Shown: positions 54,845 through 64,000 of the stretch, in pieces
How positions within the stretch are numbered: the first letter of the stretch is position 1
Layout of the letters: every line of letters begins with the position of its first letter
Assembly (NCBI RefSeq): GCF_006345805.1
Contig: NC_043005.1
Span: forward strand, 95,232,001-95,296,000
Direction: 5' to 3'
DNA: 64,000 nucleotides
Origin: Octopus sinensis
Taxonomy: Eukaryota
Notes under the pieces: generated by a model
Database searches by the model: none
What the model was told of the DNA's origin: nothing
Seen by the model: only the letters and a program-made list of their open reading frames with translations
Made by a program: the position numbers and the translations under genes

Positions 54845-56864
54845 TATTTAGTAGATTTTTATTACTTCGATACTTTAAAATTTCATAGGTTTCTATGGAA
54901 CAGAGTTGGCAGCCTACTCTATTATTTCTATAAGGTTTTGCCCTCCTAACTATATCCCATTTTAGGTTGTATTCTATATTATTTGTTTTAAGTTTCCAAA
55001 TTTTGCTAGATAGTGTAGTGCAACCTGCCTTATGTTTTATACGAAAAGAGGAGCAATGATTGTTAAGACGTCGTTTAAAATCAACAGAACAACCAAGATA
55101 AAAGAAGACACCGTTAGAAGTTATTATAGTGCATTTATATATTACATTTTGGACCGAACAACGACCAGATGCCGGACAATTTGATCAAATCCTACAATTA
55201 CAACTGGGGGGGATAATTTTCAGATTTGGAATTATTTAAGGATAGTTCTCTTACATTGCTGTTATTTAAAAAATTATTAGTAATATTATTAGTATTATTT
55301 TCATTATTAGTGGTCATATTGTTATCTAAAATAGGGTTACTATCTATTGGTCCATTTACACTATCATACCGATACCTATACTACCTACATTACTGGTAAT
55401 GCTATTATCATTATTTGTATTTATATCAATGTTGTTATTACTGTTATTAATATTATTGCTACATCATTTTTATTTTTATTTTTATTTTTATTATCCCTAT
55501 TATTATCATTATAATTATTTTAATTAATATTATTGTTGTTATTATTATTATAATTGTTGTTATCATTGTGATAATGATTATTATTGTTATTTCTATTGTT
55601 GATGCTGTTATTACAACTATTATTACTATCCATGTTGATACTAATCATTCTACTCCTGGCTAACTTAATGTTTTTACTATTAAGTCTAGCTATTATGGTA
55701 GACATATTGGGGAGGGTTGAATATGAAATCCTAACTGTTCTCTTAGAAATTATTTTATGATATTTATGGGAGGCTGGGAAGTTTTTTCTAAAATAAATTT
55801 TAATTTACTGTACACATTCGTCAAGATCGCACAATTAAAGGGAATATTTAGCCAAATGATATTTTCTCTTTTATATTTTTTGTTTAAGTATGAGTTGGAG
55901 TGAGATGTGTTATTACCATTCGGACGAGAATTATTATTCTTTTTACTTCTATTTACATGTATATTAGATTTATCTAGATTGGTTTTTTCAAATTTACTTA
56001 TGATCTGGTCAATATTTTTATTCATATAATTTGGTTTATACACTAGATTTTTCCTCTCCATAAATCTATTTTTATGTAGGGTATGATAGCTATTATTGTT
56101 GACGTTATTTATATTCGCTTCATTGTTCGGGAGATACAAGCTATCCTTATCGAGAAAGGTAATTTCTTGATCATATCCCGCTTTGGATAATGCGGTATTG
56201 TAATGGTTAGAGTGAGAGTTAAATATATCACTATTAGATGACAATTTAGAAATTCTTAGGGAAATATTTTTAACTAATGATTTTATTATATTTGGGGATG
56301 ATTAGATAACTTATTTACATATCTAGTGATTTCGCCTTCCTTTCTAAATGGATAATGTAGCTTTGAATTAAGGTTTAAGGTAACATCTAGGAAATTAACT
56401 ATCTTAGTGCCAGGTTCGTAAGTAATGCTAAGGTTTAAATCTTTAAAGAATTTATTAATTTTCTTTTTAATCCTTTCAATGCTTGATTTACAACGAACAT
56501 AGCATCATCCCTATATAGACCACCTTGTAACTCAGGGATATCCCTGTTTATGCATTTTAATAAGTATGCCCCTACTAGATTCGTTATCTCAGCTAAATTG
56601 CTAGAGCCCATAAGTATATCGAAATTATTAGGGGTATCCGCCCTAGTCCATAATTTCCCTTCAAATTCAATGAGAGTTTTTCTAGCTAATAGGATTATGT
56701 CAATTTCTTCTCTAGATATAAGAGAGCGATTCATAGCAAAAATAAGTGATTTATTTAGTAGAATGGGGGATATACTAGAATAATAATTATTGATATCAAA
56801 TTGGATAAAAGAGATTCTATTAGTGTTATCTAGAGATTTAAACCAATCTATTACTTCATCTATA
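54845..56864 (-). pseudogene. Penelope-like RT plus GIY-YIG ORF, disrupted by frameshifts and stops
   Basis: ORF-track pieces 56435-56920, 55750-56244 and 55520-55705 plus the manually translated endonuclease at about 54850-55215. Confidence 0.85.
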
Positions 56865-57782
56865 GTATCGAAGTAATAAAAATCTACTAAATAATCGTCT
56901 AGAGTTAGGTTGTCTTGCATTCATTCAACAATTAGAACTTTTAAATATTTTAAATAGAAATTTAAGGTTTTCCTACTTTTTCTAACTGTAACTTTTTAAT
57001 ATAATAATATGAGATATACTATACCAACCTCTAATTTACTTTTATAGTCAACTAAATTAACCTCACTTTAATCAGGAAATTGCATCTTTTCCCAAATCTA
57101 TTCTAATTTTATCATTTAATATCATTCCCCCAGTTATAAAATACATACCTACTATAAATTAGATGAGGTTTTGTTCCCCTACCCTTTGTAAAAGAATTTA
57201 ATTGACCTCTGGATATTGACCTAGATTTTTTCTCACCACATAAAAATAAATAGCTTTCTGTTCTAGTGATAATCTTGAATTCCCTTCATGTATTTTTTCT
57301 GCAACTAACTTAAACCCCTTTTACAGCTTTCTCTCACATCCCCTTACCTAAATTCCTACTAAAAATTCTGATGGCTTTCAGTTGTAAGTAAGGTTTGGTC
57401 AGTTTAGTAGCTGACCTCCTACCTCATAGTCTCCTAAGAATTTAGTGATTCTTCTACACTGACCTAAATCTTCTGTCACCACATAAATAGATTGACCCTT
57501 TGTTCTAGTGACAATCTGTTCTTCTTTTACACTTCCTGAATTTTTCCCCTTCTTTTCTTCAACTAACATGATTTCTTGACCTGCCCTTACCCCCATTCTT
57601 ATAACTAAGGAAATTTTCTTACAACAGTTAGTTGTGAGCAAAGTTTTGGTCAGGTTGGCATCCTAACTACACTACCTCATGTTCCTGAGATTCATATCTA
57701 CATCTTTATCTGTATATTTACCCTCCCTAAGATGTTATTAATTGATCTGAGAACTTTATATTATTGGAAAACCTATATAAAA

Positions 57783-57868
57783 TTAGCTGAAGATTACGCG
57801 GCATATTAAATCTGCTGTAATATTTACAGCTTTTAATAAAATGTTGTAGTATGAAACAATTGTACTAA
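57783..57868 (+). ncRNA. Type I hammerhead ribozyme in the inverted pLTR, predicted cleavage after GUA at 57864
   Basis: Helix I UUAG/CUAA; CUGAAGA 57787-93; helix II with G-U pairs and apical GCUGUAA/UUACAGC stem; GAAA 57853-56; palindromic helix III CAAUUG. Confidence 0.75.
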
Positions 57869-58000
57869 ATTACCGGATCTATTCTTGTTGCTTAATTTTG
57901 ATTATAATCACCCCGCATGTTTTTATGGATAACACCATAAAAAATTCTGGTGCATCTAAATTAAGTGCCATATTCATTTGAATCAAAATTGTTTGCTGAA

Positions 58001-58036
<36 letters not shown>

Positions 58037-58345
58037 CTGGTAAAATCTCGTAAAATCTGGTAAGCGTGTATGTGTGTATACACACATGTATATACATATA
58101 TATTAGATAGATAGACATATACATACATACATACATACATACATACATACATACATACATACAAGGAAAACAGTAGAGGGCTTTTTATAATACAAGAAAG
58201 GAATAAATTTAGTAAACGTTCCATAATTTAGGTACAAAGGTCCATCCTGAGAAGTAAACAGTCAAGAATGCCAATGTCCATTTAAATACCAGTCATAGGC
58301 GCGGCCGCACATACTCATCCATTATAGTAAAGCGCTTTGTGCATT

Positions 58346-58383
<38 letters not shown>

Positions 58384-58396
58384 TGTGTGTGTGTAT

Positions 58397-58830
58397 AGGT
58401 GCAGGTGTAGCTGTGTGGTAAGCAGTTTGCTTCTCAACCAAATGCTTCCGAGTTCAGTCCACTGCGTGGCACCTTGGGTAAGTGTCTACTATTGCCTAGG
58501 ATCGACCAAAGCCTTGTGAGTGGATTTGGTTGACGGAAACTGAAAGAAGCCCTCCGATACATACATTCATACACTCATACATGAATACATACTTAGATGT
58601 GTGTATGTGTATCTGTGTATGTGTTTGTGTCCTACCACCTTTTGACAACCGGTGTTGGTATGTTTACATCCCCATAACTTAGTGGTTCGGCAAAAGATAT
58701 CGATAGAAAAAGTACCAGGCTTTAAAAAAAATTACTGGCAGTCGATTCATTCAACTGAAATTCCTCAAGGCAGTGCCTCGGCATGGCCTCAGTATAATGG
58801 CTGAAGCAAGTAAAAGACAAAGATAAAAGA
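58397..58830 (+). mobile_element. SINE family A, full length
   Basis: aggtgcaggtgtagctgtgtggtaag..gagttcagtccc..ccttgggtaagtgtc..aaagccttgtgagtggatttgg. Confidence 0.85.
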
Positions 58831-58993
58831 TTGATGCATTCATGCATGGAGTGAGTGAGTCAGTGAGTCAGTGAGTCAGTGACTGACTGACTGACTGACT
58901 AATTGACTGATTGACTGATTGATTCTGTCTATAATTTTCAAATATAAGAAAACGCCAATGGTTGGAAATAAAAAGTGGAATATAAAAGGTGGA

Positions 58994-59009
58994 AATAATA
59001 ATAATAATA

Positions 59010-59088
<79 letters not shown>

Positions 59089-59149
59089 AAGAAGAAGAAA
59101 AGAAGAAGAAGAAGAAGAAGAAGAAGAAGAAGAAGAAGAAGAAGAAGAA

Positions 59150-59180
<31 letters not shown>

Positions 59181-59232
59181 AAGAAGAAGAAGAAGAAGAA
59201 GAAAGAAGAAGAAGAAGAAGAAGAAGAAGAAG
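58994..59232. repeat. (TAA)n followed by about 170 bp of (GAA)n
   Basis: Direct reading. Confidence 0.95.
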
Positions 59233-59234
59233 GA

Positions 59235-60550
59235 AAAAACAGGAGAGTACGGTTTGTAACGAAGACTGAACTAAACGGTGCAAGCAACATAGAAGCCATT
59301 AACACTCTTGCAGTACCAATCGTAGCTTACAGTTTGAATATAATCAACTGGCAAATGAGAGAAATAAAGAAGCTAGACTCTTTATTTATAACTACTATCC
59401 ATGGCCCGAATGAACCACCCAAAGGCGGCCGTGAACAGGATTTATTTACCGAGAAGCATGGGAGGAAGAGGACTAACTCAATTAGAATTATCTTACAAAA
59501 CTACCACTGTAGGATTAAATACATATCTTGAGCTGCCAAAAGATCTTCTAAGGAAGCTTGTGCACCAGCATGATAAAGTAAAGAAGCTATACTCGGTATA
59601 CAAAGAATCTGTACAGTTTAAGAAACAACTGATGACGGAGGAGCCTAGGATGAAGGCGAGTGAGAAAGTAACCCAGTTTGCTAAAAGAGTTAAGGAAGAG
59701 ATGAAAAGACAATCCCAGAAGAAGAGTAAAGAAGAATGGCTAGAAAAACCGATGCATGGCCGATACCCATGTAGAGTGAGCAAACAAGACGTAGAAAAAC
59801 GACACAATCGTGTATGGATGAAGAGCTCAGGACTGAAGGCTGAAACCGAAAGTTTTATCATAGCAGTACAAGATCAAAGCTTGGCAACCAGGGCTTATAA
59901 CAACAAAATAATGAACGATGGCACTGGCCCGAAATGCAGAATGTGTCATGAGCAGGATGCACAGCGCTTGCAAAGGCCAAATATATTCATAGACACGATA
60001 GAGTAGCACAAATATATCATTTGAAAGAGCGTAAACACTACCAACTTCCAACTTCAGAAAGATGGTACCAGTATAAACCTGAAACTGTGAATGGAAAAGA
60101 TGATGTAACAGTACTCTGGGACATGCCAATCAACACCGATAAAGAAATCAAGGCAAATAGGCCGGACATAATCATCAAAGACAGGAAAATAAGAAATGCT
60201 TATTGATAGATGTGACAGTACCATCCGAGAGAAATGTGTCTATTAAAGAAGTTGAGAAGTTATTTAAGTACAAATACCTGGAAATAGAAGTGACCAAGAT
60301 GTGGGGAATGAAAAGCAGCACAGCACCAGTGGTGATTAGAGCGTTAGGGCTAATTAAAAAGGGGCTTGATAAGCAGCTCAACAAACTCTTTTGCAGTGTT
60401 AACTTGGGAGAACTTCAGAAAATAGTGTTGCTAGGTTCCGCACACATTTTACGCCGTGTACTCTCCATGAGATGAGGACCAGCTGTGACTCTAGGGTCAA
60501 GAGATGACCCCGGTTCAGCAGAAGACAACGGACCAAGACAATGGTGCTGA
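59235..60550 (+). mobile_element. R4/Dong-like LINE 3' fragment, second and older subfamily
   Basis: AINTLAVPIVAYS...GGRGLTQLE...MHGRY...SSGLKAETESFIIAVQDQSL...CRMC; RLE VLWDMPINTDKEIKANRPDIII...LGSAHILRRVLS; several frameshifts. Confidence 0.88.
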
Positions 60551-60554
60551 ACGA

Positions 60555-60752
60555 AACACCCATGTTTCCAGAGGTGAATTATTCAAAACCCAAAGAATTC
60601 CTCTCGTCACATAGCGATTATGCCCCCCCCCACTACTTCTACCCGTGATCAGAGATGCACATATCGTCAGCCACTAAGGAACATGCTCAACTAGTTAAGG
60701 TTAAACAACTGACAAGCAAATCTGTGGTATTGAGCAGAATATTTACTGTAGC
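60555..60752 (+). mobile_element. (ATT)n-tailed retroposon 3' segment
   Basis: Inverse of 18184-18400; followed by (TTA)n at 60759-60828. Confidence 0.65.
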
Positions 60753-60757
60753 CCATC

Positions 60758-60828
<71 letters not shown>

Positions 60829-60830
60829 TA

Positions 60831-63800
60831 TCATTCAGTAGTTTTATTTTTACAGCGTGCTTTCAGTTCACTACTGAGCGCAGCTCTGTGTGCCTTAGGT
60901 ATGTGCTGTGATTTGTTGTGATGCTCTGATGGTTATTGTATGGAAAGTGTTCTGCGTAGGATGTGTGCAGTGCCTAGTAGTGCAATTTTCTGAATGTTAT
61001 ATGTGTTTGTAAGTCCTGGTGTTTTTGTTATGTATTTGTCTGAATATTTTTTTATCATGCCTAATGCACCTACTATGATAGGAATTGTTTCTGTTTTTAG
61101 ATTCCACATTCTGGTTACCTCTATTTCCAGGTCTTTGTATTTTGAAAGTTTTTCCATTTCTTTTAGAGACACGTTGTCATCTGCCGGTATTGATACATCA
61201 ATTAGAAAGCATTTTTTTCCTTCATGCTCTCTGACAACTATATCTGGTCTGTTGGCCTTAATTTCTCTATCTGTGTGTATCGGCATATCCCAGAGTATGG
61301 TTGCTTTCTCGTTTTCTGTGACCTTTTCTGGTGTGTGCCTATACCATCTTTTTTCTCTTATTATTCCATAATGTTGGCATATCTTCCAGTGTATGTAGGT
61401 TCCAACTCTGTCATGTCTGTGAGTATATTCCTTCTTAGCCAGGACTGGGCAGCTAGAGATAATATGATTTATTGTTTCTTGTCCATCTCCACATATTCTG
61501 CAGTTACTTGTTATATTTCTTTTTATTACATGCTTTTGGTAATTTCTGGTGGGGAGGCTTTGGTCTTGTGCTGCAATTAAAAATCCCTCTGTCTCTACTT
61601 TGAGTCCTGAGCTTCTCAACCATTGCTGGGATTTTTCTTTGTCTATTTCTTTTGCGTTTAGTTTAGTCCAGTATTTACCATGAAGGGGCTTTTCTTGCCA
61701 TCGTTTTATCATGGTTCGTTGCTGTTTATCATGGTTCGTTTGTTGTTTCTTCATCTTCTTCTTCTTCTTCTTCATATTTATTAGGTGGTATGATTTCTTG
61801 TTTGTATTTGTTAGCTTCCTTGAATACTGAGAACAGTTTTTTGTTTTGCTCGTGTTTTGCCGCTATTTGTATCAGTTTTCCTTCCTTCTGAAGTAGATAT
61901 TTTTGCAGTCCTATGGTGGTTATTTTATAGTAGTTTTCCAGCTGTATAAGGCCTCTACCACCTTCTATACGTTGTATATATAGTCTTTCTATGTCAGATT
62001 TTGGGTGATGCATCCTAGATCCTGTCATTATTTTTCTTGTTTTCCTTTCTATTTTGGTCAGTTCATTTAGTGTCCAGTTAAGGATATTGTAGCTGTAACT
62101 TATAACTGGGACAGCTAAGGTATTAATACCTATTATCTTGTTTTTAGCATTGAGCTCTGTTTTTAGTATTGATCTAACTCGTCTATAATATTCTTTTTTA
62201 ATTTTCTCTTTCATTTGTGTGTGTTGTGTCTTATCTAGTTCATGGATTCCTAAGTATTTGTAAGTTTGGCTTTGGTCTAGTTCTTTTATTTCATTGGTTT
62301 TATCTAGTGTGATGTTGCTACTCTTAACTAGTTTTTCTCTTTTCAGGGTTACTTTGGCGCATTTTTCTAATCCAAATTTCATATCTATTTCTTTGGTAAA
62401 TCCATGAACTGTCTTTAATAGTGTTTCCAGCTGTTTGTCATTTGCAGCGTATAGTTTTAGGTCATCCATATATAAAAGGTGGCTGATCGTTTTGCCGTAA
62501 CATTTATATCCGCATCCGTTTCTATTTAGCATATCAGATAGAGGTGACAGTGCCAAGCAGAAAAGGAGTAGAGAGAGCAGCATATCAGACAGAGGTGACA
62601 GTGCCAAGCAGAAAAGGAGTAGAGAGAGCGTGTCTCCCTGGAATATTCCTCTTCTAATGGGGATGGCTTTGGTTTTCATGAGTCCCTCTTTTGTTTGGAG
62701 CTGTAGCACTGTTTGCCATTTATTCATAGAGTGCCCTATGAATTTTATAATTGTTGGTGCCACTTTGTTAATGGCTAGTGTTTCGAGGATCCATGTGTGG
62801 GGGATGCTATCAAACGCCTTTTTGTAGTCGATCCAGGCCATACTGAGGCCTTTCTTCTTTCTATGGCTGTCTTCAGTTATGGCTTTATTAATCATTAATT
62901 GATCTTTACAGCCATATGAGCCTTTGCGGCATCCTTTCTGCTCTTCTGGAAACAGGTTGTTTTCGTCCAGGTGCTTCTTCAACCTTTGCGATATTACTGC
63001 AGTAAATGCCTTGTACATTGTAGGGAGACAGGTTATTGGTCTGTAGTTTTCTGGTTTTGCTGTCTCATTTGATTAGGGAATTAAGATGGTTTTCCCCTTC
63101 GTGAGCCATTCAGGCATTGTCTCTGGCTCTGCTAGTATGTTGTTAAAGTTTTCATCCAGCTTTTTGTGCATTCCTGTTAGATATTTCAACCAGAAGTTGG
63201 GGATCTTGTCATGCCCAGGTGCCTTCCAGTTGTTTAGTCTTTGCGGTGCCTGGGTAACCTCTTCAGTTGTTATGGGGGTCCAAAGTTTCTCAGATGCTGA
63301 GTTTGTTGTTTTAATACTCCTTTTCTTTGGTTGTTCGTTCGCCGACCATATTTCTCTCCAGAATTCTTCCACTTCTTCTGCCGTTGGTGCTGCAGTGATT
63401 TCTATTTTATTTTTGCCAAGTTCTTGGTAGAACTTTTTGGGGTTGGAGTTGAACTTTTTGTTTTGTTCAAAGAAGCGCTGGCGTTCATCGTACCGGCGGA
63501 TCCTTTGTGCTTTGGCAAGGACATCTTGCTTCAACTTTTCTTTTATCTCAGGTAAGTCTTTTTCTGTGATGTTATATTTGCGGAGTATTTTCGTTTTCTT
63601 CTTGTTGCTCAGTAGCGTCGATTGTCTACTGATTTCATTAAGAATCGACAGATCTTTTCTCATTTTTTTGTATTTTGTTTTGGATGTTATTTATCCACAG
63701 GGTTTTTTTGGGTGGTGGTACTCCTGTTTGGATGGGTTTGAGTGAGTATCCAGCTTCTTTTGTTGCTGCAGTGGCTGCTGCGTATACTGAGTCATTTAGT

Positions 63801-64000
63801 TCAGTGATATCGCTTTTTGTTTCAGTGGTTATTAGTTCCGTGACGGCTAGGTTTATGCTGTTTATAATTGGTGTTGTTTCGTCTATTTTGATTTTTGGGA
63901 GGTATGGTCGGTGGTCCATTTTGAGCTCTGTGGTTTTCAGTTCTTTGATTATTTTACTTTTTATATTATCATAATCATTAGGCTCCCCTTCGTTGTTTCC
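60831..64000 (-). mobile_element. R4/Dong-like LINE, long copy running off the window end; RT, CCHC and RLE pseudogene
   Basis: RT motifs NYRPITCL, GCRKGSYGCKDQL, WIDYKKAFDSIPH, GIFQGDT, HLLYMDDLKL; CCHC; RLE; in-frame stop at 63073-75, frameshifts near 63665 and 61735; 3' end aaaataaaactactgaat abuts (TAA)n. Confidence 0.95.

Larger units (their letters stand above)
54539..57901 (-). mobile_element. Penelope-like retroelement (Naiad/Neptune-type), 5'-truncated, with an inverted pLTR
   Basis: RT FIQFDINNYYSSI...MGSSNLAEITNLVG...GLYRDD; thumb VNFLDVTL; linker NIIWLNIPF, ISYSTLPNM; endonuclease CNCRI*SNCPASGRC..VIYKC..FYLG..FKRRLNNH..CQLC; inverted terminal copies 54539-54874 vs 56864-57901; (TA)n at the 3' end. 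Confidence 0.9.

Noticed and set aside
55185-55187. In-frame TGA in the Cys-rich endonuclease region as possible selenocysteine (reported for some Naiad elements)
   Set aside because: It falls at a non-Cys position (CNCRI*SNCP); all conserved Cys are TGT/TGC, the ORF has other lesions, and no SECIS was identified
56897-57596. Spliceosomal intron in the Penelope pLTR
   Set aside because: The boundaries are not GT-AG on either strand in a way that reproduces the short copy's junction

Overview
AT-rich, microsatellite-dense animal DNA. The tRNA-derived SINE families look like those of octopus/cephalopods (recognition from memory, not a database search). No host gene, rRNA, true tRNA or CRISPR array is supportable; one candidate orphan exon lies at 9078-9278 (-), and most ORF-track entries are translated microsatellites. 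The window is a graveyard of mobile DNA: R4/Dong-like, Tx1/L1-like, Hero-like and RTE non-LTR elements, a Ty3/Gypsy pol remnant, hAT and Tc1/mariner remnants, a non-autonomous Helitron, MITEs and many SINEs. Main discovery: three mutually unrelated elements (19.8-20.8, 36.6-37.9, 54.5-57.9 kb) share one architecture, a pair of outward-pointing inverted arms each carrying a type I hammerhead ribozyme fold (GUA cleavage triplet, palindromic helix III, very long helix II), next to (TA)n. One is a Penelope-like element with RT and GIY-YIG; two are non-coding, one with a 489-nt retrozyme-like tandem unit. Different retroelement families also sit in different microsatellites (TAA, GATA, CATA, TA).
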